Part shown: piece by piece, positions 12,541 to 23,900 of the stretch
Position numbering within the stretch: the stretch's first letter is position 1
Layout: each line of letters starts with the position of its first letter
NCBI RefSeq assembly: GCF_004010195.1
Contig: NW_025214312.1
Location: 1-41,459, forward strand
Direction of reading: 5' to 3'
DNA: 41,459 bases
From: Chiloscyllium plagiosum
Lineage: Eukaryota
Program-made: the position numbers and the translations under genes
The notes under the pieces: generated by a model
Seen by the model: only the letters and a program-made list of their open reading frames with translations
Told to the model about the DNA's origin: nothing
The model's database searches: none

Positions 12541-13352
12541 ACTATTGGTACTTAAATTGTTTCAATTTACATCTCTTCCAAGCAGTGATTTTCACATTCG
12601 CAGCACCCCTTGTCAAGGCACAGTAGAGATATGGAGCTGTAAATGGATGGCAACTGCACATCCTGTCACTTACAGCATTTGTTATGTTTCCCCACACTGG
12701 GCAGTGATCTAACACAGTGTTTTCGAACAATACAACAGTCTGGGTTTATATATCAATGAACCAGTGCGGTCTGCACAGCTCCCCATGCTGGACATTTAGC
12801 CCAGGATTATAGATCAAGCAATGGTGTGGCTGCACAGAGTTCCACTCTGGACATTACTGGGTTGCATACAGCTGTACACTAGCCGGATCTACACAGTGCT
12901 CCATCCTGAAAGTATAATGGATGGGCTGGTTATGTGAGTTGGATTGCGAATGTGAGAGTACTAATCATCTGGCAATGCTTTTATTTTGAGTTTTCATTCC
13001 TCTGATTGGACCCTTCAAATCCTGACTCATCCTTTTAGACCCATTCTTCTGGATGAGTCATGGTGAGTGTTGTTGCAACATCTGAGCCTGCAACATGACC
13101 AACAAATGGAGCAGAGGCTGCAGAGAAGGGAGTCTCCATAAAATGGAATGACGGAATCACAATCAGATCAGCCGTGGTCGAAGTGAATGTTGGGGCAGGA
13201 TTGAATGGACCACTAATGCAACTAACTCATATATTTCTGTTTGTTCCAAGCAAACTCCTCTTCTCTCCCAGTGTCCTATACTGGCGGAGAGGGAGTCGGC
13301 TCCTGCTGATCTTGCATAACAGGATGCTGGGGCCTCACTAACCTCCAGATTT

Positions 13353-13601
13353 CCCTGTGCCCCAGTTTTGAGCTCTAAGTGACTCCCTCCTGTCCCTGTG
13401 TCGCATTCTGAAGCAGTTGAATGACAGCCTCCTGTTCCTGTGTCAAAGGCTCAAGCAATTGAGTAACTGCCTCCTGTTCCTGTGTCCAAGTCTCGAGCTA
13501 TGAGTGACTCCCTCCTTTCTCTGTGCCCCAGTCTCAAGCAGTTGAATGACTGCGTCCTGTTCCTGTGTCCCAGTCTTGGGCAGCTGCGTGACTGCCCCCT
13601 G
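13353..13601. repeat. ~42-bp minisatellite, about 6 diverged units
   Basis: Recurring cctgtgtcccagtctcaagcagttgaatgactgcctcctgtt-like unit. Confidence 0.8.
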
Positions 13602-13894
13602 ATCCAAGGTTTGCGAAAGTAGATGTCCTCCTCCTTCTACAGACTAACAGGCTCCAATTTCTCTGTGCTCACCTGCTGCTCCTGTCGAATGGAGTTGAGG
13701 GACTGAATGGCCTCTTCACATTCCTTACCGCTTCTCTTGACTAAAAGCCTTCCCCCTGTTTCTGTAAAACACCATTAAAATCTGAATGATGTATTTTTGT
13801 ATTTTACTCTCAGCAATTGAGCAAACAAGCTGACTGACAGAATTCAGAAGCTGAGTAGCCTCCTCCTATTCCTGTGTTATACACTCAAGAGACA

Positions 13895-16160
13895 ATAGAG
13901 TCTCAGAGATATACAGCATGGAAAAAGACCTTTCAGTCTGATCGTCCATACCGACCAAATATCCTAAATAAATCTTGTCCCCCTTGCCAGCATTTGGCCC
14001 ATCTCCCTCCAAACACTTCCCATGCATGTATCCATCCAAATGCTTTTTAAATGGTGTAACTGTACCTGCCTGCACCACCTCTTTTGGCTGTTCAATCCAT
14101 ACACACAGCAGTCTCTGTGTGAAAATGTTGTCCTTCATGTCCCCTTTCAAATCTTTCTCCACTCACCTTAAAACTTTTTCTTCTAATTTTGGACTCGTAT
14201 ATCCTGGGAAAATACATTGACTGTTTACCTTATCTATGCCCCTCATGATTTTATAAACCTCTTTAAGGTCACCCCTCAGCCTCAACACTTGAAAATAGTC
14301 CCAGCCGATTCAAACTCTCCCTGTAACGTTAACCCTCCAACACCTGCAACATTCTTTTAAATCTCTTCTGTATCCTTTCAAGTTTGACAACACATTTCCG
14401 ACAGCAGGGTGAGCAGGATGAAAGGAAGTATTACAAAAGTGGCCAAACCCATGTCCTGGACAGGTGCAACATGTCATGCAAACGTTTAGACACAAAGCAC
14501 ACACCAATAAAGGGAAGATCACCAAGTGCCTTCTTCACTGCGCTGTCTACCTGTGACGGCACTTTCAAGGAACGGAGAACCTGCACCACAAGGTGACACA
14601 GTAGCTCAGTGACTAGCATTGCTGCTTCAGAGCGCAGCGATCTGGGTTTAACTCCATCCTTGAATGACGGCCTGTGTGGAGTTTGCACATTCTCCCCGTG
14701 TCTGCATGAATTTCCTCTGGATGTTATGTTTTCCTCCAACAGTATAAAGATATACAGATAAGGGTAGATTGGCCATGCTAAATTGCGTAAAGTACCCAGG
14801 CATGTGTAGGCGAAGTGGATTATCCATGGGAAATGCAGGCTCAGAGGGATAGGGTAGGGGTTTGTTCAAAGGGATACTGTTTAGAGGGTCGGTGTGGCCT
14901 CGATGGGCCGAATAGCCTGTTTCCTTACTGTAGGGATTTGATAACTTCTATGGGGTTCTTCTTGATTGGCAGCTTTCGACAGGACCCTACATTTTTGTCT
15001 TGCCTTTATTTGTCTTAGCAAAATGCTACACCCCACATTTAACTAAAATAAATCTGCCATTCCTCAGCTCACCTAAGCAAAGTCCCATTATAGTCTGAGA
15101 GATATTCTTCACTGTCGACTACACCTACCAATTTGGTATTATCTGCAAACTTACTGACCATACTTCATCTACTCAAATGCAAATGATTTGTATAAGTGAC
15201 AAAATGCAGTGGACACACTATTGATCTTTGCGGCACGCCACTGGTCACAGGTCTCCAAGTTTAATGAACAAATGTCACTGTCACGCCCTGTCTCCAATAT
15301 TCAAGAAAAAATTGGGTCTAAATGGCGAGCACTCCCTGGACCCCAGGCAGTCTAACCTTGCTAACCAGTCTACCATGTTTTCTGATGTAATGACACTATG
15401 TTAGCAGCCCTCCAGTCATTTGACACCTCACCTGTGGAAATCAATGTGACAGATGTGTCAGCAAAATGCTGAGCAATCTCTTTCCTACCTTCCCACAAAC
15501 ATCTGGGATACAACTGCTCAGGTCCCAGGGATTTGTTCACCTTGATGTGTTTTAAAATGTTCAACGCCTCCTTCGAATATAGACACTTTTCAAGGTATCA
15601 CTATATATTTCTTCATTCTCTCGCTCTTGTAACCTCCTCCACATTAAATTCTGAGGAGAAATACTTGTTTAGTATCCCTCCAATCTCCTATATTTCCACA
15701 CATAGGTAGTCTTACTGATCTTTAAGGGGCCCAATTCTCTACCCAGTTAATCTTTTGCCATTAAAGGATTTGTAGAATTTCTTCAATGCCTTGTTAACCC
15801 TATTTCCAACGCCATCTCATGTCCACATTTTTCTGGCCGATTTCCCCGTTGGCGATACACTTGCTGCCCTTATACACCTCTCGGGATTCACTTGATCTCA
15901 GCTCAGTTTACCTGACATATGCCTCCTTCCTTATGTTGATCAGAGCATCAATATATCTAGCCCATCCAGCACTCCCTGCACCCACCAGCCTTGCCCCTCT
16001 CACGAATGGGAACACGTTGGCTCTGGACGCTCTGAAACCAAGTTTTGATGGACTTGTATTTTCCAACCATCCCTTTCCCTGTGAATAGGATATTCCACTC
16101 AGCTTTTCACAAGGCTCGCCTAACACTTAATTGGCCTTGTTAAAAGTTAGAACTTTAATA
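13895..16160 (-). mobile_element. Decayed, internally deleted CR1 LINE, interrupted by a SINE
   Basis: 3' tail at ~13900. ORF fragments 13866-14162 and 15370-15564 (KSLGPEQLYPR, DWRAANIV). gcaaacttact (KFADD-like) at ~15145. Confidence 0.88.
14592..14945 (+). mobile_element. HE1/V-SINE-like SINE
   Basis: Head ggtgacacagtagctcagtg, core tgtgtggagtttgcacattctcccc...ggccatgctaaattg, CR1-like tail. Confidence 0.88.
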
Positions 16161-17120
16161 TTTACATCAGGTCTTTCCTATTCCAAAACTAATTTGAAAA
16201 TAATATTTATGCTTAACAGACTTGAAAGTTAAATAAACACATCCTGCCCCTCTGTAACAGACTCGAGAGGCTGAATGGGCTCCTCGTGGCCCTCTGTAAT
16301 ACACTGGAGAGGCTGAATAGCCTCCTCCTTTCCTTGTGTAACAGACCAGAGACATTAAATGACACAGCAACCCGTGGATTATGAGCAGCCGTTAAACTGA
16401 ATCTGATAGAGGTTCATCCCTTCCCAGTTACAGAAACACAAACAACATAATGTACTCCAGGTACCCTCTCAGAAACACCTCATACAGCTGCAGCGACACA
16501 TCTCTTCGTTTTGAATGATTCTGTTTGCAAAATGTGCCAATATTCTAGGTTTCCACCTTTTCTAGTAGCAACAGGCTAATATGGGCTGAATGGCCTTCTT
16601 TTATCCCTCTGTAAGATGCCCATAGGGACAGAATTGCTTCGGCCTGTTACTGAGCAGCAGTTTAAATGCTCTGTCTCAAGGATTTGATAATAGGCCATTA
16701 AAACCAGGAGTAGCCTCACACTGGTCAATAAGTACCGTACTTTGGGTTCAGGTATCTAGAAACTTACCCACCCGAGTTTTTGTAAAGTAACCAATCTGTT
16801 ATTTTATAATTGCCTCTTTTCATAAACAGAGCAGAACATATATAGAACCTTGCAGTGTCCTGTTAATACTCCATAAAGAAATAAAAAAAAAGATTTAAAA
16901 GATTTAAAGATTCATGGTCCATCCCTCAGCAACCCTCATCCATTCCATCCAAACCCAGTAAATGTTCCCTTTGAAAGTGATATGAAAAGTGATGTGTGGA
17001 AGTGGTTAACTGAGCCTGTTTGTTTAGTCATGATTTGGAGATGCCGGTGATGGACTGGGGTGTACAAAGTTAAAAATCATACAGCAACAGGTTGTAGTCC
17101 AATAGGTTTAATTGGAAGCA

Positions 17121-17155
17121 CATTAGCTTTCGGAACGCCGCTCCTTCATCAGGTG
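17121..17155 (-). ncRNA. Minimal type I hammerhead ribozyme motif, copy 1
   Basis: Minus strand cac-CTGATGA-A-GGAGC-ggc-GTTCC-GAAA-GC-TA-atg. First stem I pair is mismatched (C/A). Confidence 0.7.
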
Positions 17156-17872
17156 ATAGTGGAGGGTACAATTCGAAGGCACAGAATTTATAGCAAAAAT
17201 TTACAGTGTGATGTAACTGAAATTATCCATTGAAAAATCCCTTGATTGTCTGTTGAGTCTTTCATCTGTTCGAATACCATGATAGTTTCATTTCTTTCAT
17301 GTATCAATCACAAAACCTTTTTCTTTTAAAGTTGCATTCTCAGGTTAGCTGTAACATTGAGTGATAGCTGGACAATATGTTGAAGCTGTTCGCCCCCTGT
17401 GTTCTCCATCTATACCATGATGTTTAGATTGATTCTAATCTGAAAAGTGAGATAACAGAGTTTTACATGAATTCACGTAGTTTTTGAGCAAAGTACAATG
17501 TAACTCTGCAAGTACAAATTTACCCAACAAAAAATATGTGTGCATGTGGGTCTTTGCCTGTTTGTGTGTGCGTTTGTTTTGGTTGGGGGTTGTGAGTGTG
17601 AGAGTGAGTGTATATGTGTGTGTAGTGATATAGAGTGCCTTAAGTCTGTGAGGGGGTGCATGTGTGAGTGTGGGAGTGTGTGTGTGTGTCTGTAGGAGTG
17701 TGTGTATGCGTCTGGGGTGGGGTTGTGAGTGTGTGTGAAATAGTGTATATGTGTGTGCGTGAGTGTAGAGTTTGTTTAGTCATGATTTGGAGATGCCGGT
17801 GTTGGATTTGGGTGTACAAAGTTAAAAATCACACAGCACCAGGTTGTAGTCCAATAGGTTTAATTGGAAGCA

Positions 17873-17907
17873 CATTAGCTTTCGGAACGCCGCTCCTTCG
17901 TCAGATG
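17873..17907 (-). ncRNA. Minimal type I hammerhead ribozyme motif, copy 2
   Basis: Minus strand cat-CTGACGA-A-GGAGC-ggc-GTTCC-GAAA-GC-TA-atg. Core intact, 3-bp stem I cat/atg, palindromic AGCT stem III. Confidence 0.8.
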
Positions 17908-18652
17908 ATAGTGGAGGACACACTTCTAAGGCACAGAATTTATAGCAAAAATTTACAGTGTGATGTAACTGAAATTATACATTGAAAAATACCTTGATTG
18001 TCTGTTGAGTCTTTCATCTGTTCGAATACCATGATAGTTTCATTCCTTCAATGTGTAAATCACAAAACCTTTTTCTTTTAAAGTTGCATTCTCAGATTAG
18101 CTGTAACATTGAGTGATAGCTCGACAATATATTGAAGATGTTCGCCCCCTGTGTTCTCTATCTATACCATGATGTTTAGATTGATTCTAATCTGAAAAGT
18201 GAGATAACAGAGTTTTACATGAATTCATGCAGTTTTTGAGCTCAGAGGTTTACATGAATTCATGTAGTTTTTGAACAAAGTACAATGTAACTCTGCAAGT
18301 ACAAATTTACCCAACCAAATATATGTGTGCATGTGGGTCTTTGCCTGTTTGTGTGTGCGTTTATCTTGGTTGGGGGTTGTGAGTGTGAGAGTGAGTGTAT
18401 ATGTGTGAGTAGTGATATAGAGTGCCTTAAGTCTGTGAGGGGGTGCATGTGTGAGTGTGGGAGTGTGTGCGCCTGGCTGAGATGGGGTGGGGGTTTGAGT
18501 ATCAGTGAGAGAGTGTATATTTGTGTGCATGAGTGTCGAGTGGTCTAAGTCTCTGATCGGATGCCTGTGTGAGTGTGGGTGTCTGTAAGGGTGGGTGTGT
18601 CTGTGTACATGTGTGTCCGTATGTATGTGTGTGCATAGGAGTGCCTGTGTGT

Positions 18653-18655
<3 letters not shown>

Positions 18656-18702
<47 letters not shown>
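18656..18702. repeat. (TA)n(CA)n microsatellite
   Basis: Seen directly in the sequence. Confidence 0.95.
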
Positions 18703-18704
<2 letters not shown>

Positions 18705-19226
18705 TGCAATGGTGGTCACCTGTAATGTGACGTGAACCTAATGTCCCGGTTGAGGCCCTCCCTATGGGTCCCGAAATTAGTTATCAGCCTCTGCTCGGCC
18801 ACTGTTCGCTGCTGCCTGTTCCGAAGTCCACCTTGAAGGATGGTCGCCAGAAGGTCCGAGGTTTAATGTCCTGGACCACTGAAGTGAAGGTCCGAGGTTT
18901 AATGTCCTGGACCACTGAAGTGTTCTCCAACTGGAAGCGAACACTCATGTCTGTTGATTGTTGTGCAGTGCCCATTCATCCGTTGTCGTAGCCTTTGCTC
19001 AGTTTCTCAGTGTTTGTTCAGTGACTGTGCTTAATTCCAATCTCCATGGATTCTAATTATTCCAGTGGAGGGTTTCCATCTTTAAATGATAAATAGGCGC
19101 CGTTCAATGTGTTATCCCAAAGTGTGAGCGGGAACATCACCGACAGCACTGACAGAGATCAACAGATTGAGAGAGAGGGGGCGGAGAGATCAGAATCTGA
19201 GAACATTAGACTGGAATGTTCCAACA

Positions 19227-19405
19227 ATGTATCAGAATCTGGGAATATTAGACTGGCATGTTCCAAAAATAGATAGGAGCTTTTCCAATTATGTTTGGTA
19301 TCTTTCTGTATTTTATTGCTGGTCATTATCATCGCGGATCTATTACGCTCTTCTCATTATTCAATATTTTTATTATCTTTTTTCTGGCTATCGTTGGTGT
19401 TCCTG
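19227..19405 (+). pseudogene. First coding exon of a GPR139/GPR142-like class A GPCR (expanded elasmobranch family), with a +1 frameshift; pseudogene or sequencing error
   Basis: ATG 19227 gives MYQNLGILDWHVPKIDRSFSNYVWYLSVFYCWSLSSRIYYALLIIQYFYYLF. Removing one T from the T6 run (19378-19383) gives LAIVGVP, followed by a phase-1 donor G|GTAAG at 19405/19406. This fits the YY..LA..GVP|VN TM1 split I recall for shark GPR139-like genes. Exon 2 was not found. Confidence 0.72.
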
Positions 19406-19599
19406 GTAAGTATCACTGTCCAGTTTCTTTTTCTATAAACAAGTTATGACAATATTACTGTTCTTTCATATAGTCTACACTTCTTGTCACTATTATTTTT
19501 CTGTTGAAACTCTCAATCAGATATTCACTCTACAGAACACTACTAACTACATCAATGATCGTGTTCAATTACTGTGTCCCTCTCTGGGTTGGCATTGTT

Positions 19600-20000
19600 A
19601 CTCTCTGTGTTGATCTACTCATTTCAGCGGAGAACTACAATTTATTGTATCATGGCCTTTTTTATTTAAGTATTAACAGCATGGAGCTCACTTTCTACTG
19701 TTCTGGTTACAAACTCCACTTCCTTCCACTGTTTCCATCCCACCCCTGGCTAATATCTGCAGCTGAAGCAGCCACGTCACAACTGTGCGGGATCCCTTTG
19801 ATTATGTACTCACTCTTGACACCATTCCCTGACCATTTCTAACTTGAAATACTCACCACTCCAGAATATATCTCACTGTTTTAGTCCATCTGCTGTTTGA
19901 ACTTTGAGCTATGAAGTACAGTCTCAATGAAGCCAATAATCTGCTGCTGACGCTCCCGGCTTCAACCTGCCGAAGCAAATCTGATTCGACCTCACACCAA
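19600..20000 (+). mobile_element. Very old L2-like remnant
   Basis: Weak similarity to L2 ORF2 3' part (catctgctgtttgaa..., ctgctgctgacgctccc). Confidence 0.3.
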
Positions 20001-20943
20001 ACTCCCATCCATCTGTCAATCATGTGCACACCAATGTATATTGCTATTGTGTCTGGCAATGTCTTTATTTTAACATTCTCAAACACTTTACCTTATCTGT
20101 CCATGAAACTTCTCTCGTTCTCTCTCTGTTGATTAACAAAATGCCTGCCAGCTGTTCTTCTTGAAAATAGTTTCCTCCATGTGCGTTCCTTCTCAAACAA
20201 TGAGTTTAGCATTCAACCACGCCAATCGCACACACACACACATTCTCTCTCAGTCTCTGATGAATACACACAAAGGCAGAGAGGGCAAACCTTCACATTG
20301 TAGGCAGTCATCTAATGCGAGGATAGTTAGCATATGAGAGTAGAGTTTTCAATACTCTCTATGCTGGGCAGATAGTGCAGTTTACTGAGCAACACATTAG
20401 CATGGTCTGCACAGCTCTCCATGCTGGGCTGTCATCTTGCCCCGGTTTATGTTGTTTGTGGTGTTCTGTGAAGAAGATTCAGAATTTGATGTAACAAACC
20501 ATTTCAGCTAATCTGACAATGTCTTTATTAAATGTTCTCATTCTTGTAATTTTACTCACAAAGATCTCACTTCTCCAGCTTGTCCCACTGCCCTGACTGT
20601 TTCCACATATTTCCACAACATCTTTTCAGTTAATTAACTGTCTGTTTCTGTCTTTAATGTGAATCTCTCTGTCCCTTTGTATCTTTTCCTGGCCTTGGGT
20701 TTTGGCCTCCCAAGTGTACCGAGTGCTGGCATTGTGTAGTTCAGAAATAATGAAATGGGGTGTGTAAAGCTGTTTTTCACTTTCTGGTATGTCTCATGTC
20801 ATGGTCCATGGACAGGCGTGTTTCAGAAGTTATGAGAAACATCCTTTTAACTTGATCTGTACCTATGGCTGTCAATCTCAGGTGACCTTGCGGTCAATAA
20901 CACGCGGAAGCCCACTGAGTAAAGGACAAGGCATCTAAATTTC

Positions 20944-23900
20944 CTGACAATGCTGTCACTTTTTAAATAAAAGGTTATTTTCTCCTTTATATAGTAAGAG
21001 GTCTTAAAGGCCAAACTTCCTACTGAAAACGGCACAAGTAAATAACTTACGGGGCTTTTAGGGTTTTTAATAAATAGTGGTAACAATGGCCAGCTCGCAC
21101 AGACCAGGCTTTCTAGGTTTCTTTTTATTGTAGCTAATACAATCACCAGGTGCTTCGGGTCCCAGAAGTGTTGTAAGTTTTAGTAAATTATCCCTAGCTG
21201 CTATTCTCTCTGGAACCTCACTTGATGCTGTTTCCTCCTGGATTGGAGAACTGTATGCAAGAATGCATGTCTGAATGTTCCTTTTTGCCAAGGGGTGTGT
21301 TTAGGTGATTTTAGTATATTGGACCAGTTCATTTGTAGAAGGTACATTTGTATTCATTATTCGGTTAAGAATTCCAAAGTTAAGTTATTCTAAATTCCTC
21401 TTCATTGTTTATGGATTTTCATTAGTGTTTAAATATATTGTGTTTTGCTTAATGGTTTGTCTATAGCAAACTGGGAACTCTTGTCCGGTTCTAAATCGAT
21501 AATACCAATTGGGTTTAGAATTTGCAAACAGTCCATTCGACCCAACAAGTCCACACTGACCATCCGAGGAGTGGCCTACCCAGAACCATTCCTGTCCCCT
21601 ATTATTGCACATTTACCCCGACTAAGGCACCTAACCCACACATCCCTGAAAACTGTGAACAATTTAGTATGGACAGTTCACCTGACATGCACGTCTTTGG
21701 ATTGTGTGAGGAAGCCAAAACATCCAGAATAAGCTTATGCAGACACTGGAGAGTATGCACCAGGAGGCTATTGGGTTCAAAGGTCTCATGTGGTAGTTGT
21801 TAGTGTCTTTTTTCCGGAAGTTGAATTCGATTGCTTTGAACAGTGTTTTGTGTATAAAGATTCAGTCACTAAGAGGTCTCTGGGTGTGGAAAAGTGAAGG
21901 TGGGGGTTTTACAAAAGGTAATGAAGGCAAAGGTGTAGGAATTAACAGACAAGCTGGAGTTGGGGTTGCGTTTGTTTGTGAGAAAATGAGAGATTATTAC
22001 TGCTATAGCTCGGCAATTACATTTGGTGGAATCGCCATCAGACTCTTTGGAAATGGCTGGAATTCAATTTCAATGAGGCACTTTGAACATGAGAAGGAAT
22101 TGAAACAGTTTGAATTATGATGAAAAGTAGAAATAAAAGAAAGGGAAATGAAGAAGAAAGAGAGAAAAGGACAGAGGAAATGTAAAGAGTTTCAACTTAA
22201 AAAGTTAGCAATTAGAGAGGAAAGTTGACATAGAAGGCGGAGAGGAAGGTAGACGGTCGGCGGGATGAGTAAGAAAGTGATATTGAGCAACCCTATTGTA
22301 ACCAATGGCCTGATGTGATTCTGTTTAAATGCATCCAGGCATTATCTAAATTTGATGAGAAGGATGGGGAAGCCTTTTGAATTTCATTTGAGAAAGTGGC
22401 TAAACAAATGCAGTGCCCAGTGACCATGTCGATTTAATCTATCCAAACCAAGCTGATAGGTATTTGCATCCCTATCGGAGGGCGTGAAGAAAGCCATCTG
22501 AAGTGAATATGAGCTTGTGCCGGAAGCTGACAGACAGCGTTGCAGGAATCTAAAAAAGGGTCCCTCGTTAAACGCACATTGAGTTTGAAAGGATCAAACA
22601 AAGTAATTTTGAAACGTGGGTAAACAAAGCAAATCTATGACACTCTTGGAGAGATTCTTATTTTGGAGAAGATCAACAATTCACTTCCTGCAGTCGTGAG
22701 AACTCGTGCAGAAGAGCAGAGTGTTAAAACGGCAAGATTAGAAGCTGAAATGGCTGATGATGGTGCTTGAGTTCAGAAATCAAAGTTTGGTTTCTGTGAG
22801 AGATTGAGAAAAATGTGCGAGATCTTCTTAAAACATTTACCTGTGAAAGTAAGGTTTACTGGCATAGGCCAGGAGTAGCAGGTAAAGAGGTTACAGCATT
22901 AAGAGGTACAGAAGCATGTAATTCTTTTATGCTGAGACATGAGGAGCTATGTCATTGAGAAGGGCTATTGGAGAGATAAGAAGTGCTCCATGATGTAACG
23001 TGTGGTTGGAGTGTCCAGTGAAAACATCAACAGATTTATTCCACAATGGGGAAGGAGGCCTTCAGCTTGGTGTTGGCGTTACAACATTTCAGCATTTAAA
23101 TTGCGAATAACGTGCCTGAGACAAATCTAATAACGTGCCTGAGACAAATCTCAGAGAGACAGATCTCTGAGTCACTGATCGTGACCCCTTAAAGCTTTTG
23201 GAGAAGTTTAGGGAGAAAAATACCAGTCTGTTTCGATTGAGCTTATTATTGCTACCATTCAATTTGAAATTATACAGGCGACAGGGCGAGAAAAACCAAG
23301 TTTTGACACGTTGTGGAGACTTGGATGAAGAAAGACAAAGGCATTCTGTGGCAGGAGTAAAATGAATGAAATCGAAACCAGTTGTGAACATGGTATGCTC
23401 AGAGTCAATGTAATATATATGCATTTCAGTCTGCTAATTGAAGAAGGTTAAGAGGTCTAAAGTGAATCCATCTTTGTATATTGGTGGATTATTTTATTGA
23501 AGATGGAGTCGCGAAGATACTATCACTGTAAAAAGGTTATTTTCTCTTGTTTTTTTTGAAGAGAGGTTTTCAAGGCAGAGATGCAGAAATGCTGTGTGAA
23601 AACAGTTTAAGTAAATAACTGAGAAAGCCTTTAGGTTTCATTAAAACGGTGATAACAATGGAAGGGCAGTGGCCAGCTCTCCCCAACCAGGTTTCCTCGT
23701 TTTGTTTTTAGCTGCAGTATTCAGAAGCTGCTGGGGATCCCAGAAGGGTTGGGAGTTTCTTTACATGATCCCTAGCTGCTTTTCTCTCTGAGATCTCTGT
23801 TGATGTTGTTTCCTCCGGATTGGAAAACTGCTGTAAGGATCTGTATTTGAATATATCTTTGTGCAAAGCAGTGTATACCAAGAAGGTACGGTACCTATTA

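Larger units (their letters stand above)
17018..18540. repeat. Direct tandem duplication, period 752 bp
   Basis: Units begin gtttgtttagtcatgatttggagatgccggtg at 17018 and 17770 and are highly similar throughout. Confidence 0.95.
17029..19010 (-). mobile_element. 5'-truncated Penelope-like element (second family) with a tandemly repeated 3' region (pLTR-like)
   Basis: Minus 19007-18716 translates ETEQRLRQRMNGH...LPVGEHFSGPGH...AEQRLITNFGTHREGLNRD (GIY-YIG C-terminal half, with stops). Followed by two copies of a CA-rich 3' region. Possible TSD tgtttgtt(t/c)agt at 17017-17028 and 19011-19022. Confidence 0.88.

Noticed and set aside
13353..13601. Regular repeats superficially like a CRISPR array
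   Set aside because: The whole unit repeats with no unique spacers, the context is eukaryotic, and there are no cas genes.
17473..18719. His/Thr-rich and Cys/Val-rich ORFs
   Set aside because: Translations of CA/TG microsatellite-rich PLE 3' sequence.
19504..19842. Hydrophobic ORF as candidate GPCR exon 2
   Set aside because: No TM1-TM3 motifs (no DRF/DRY), too short, and it overlaps a probable L2 remnant.
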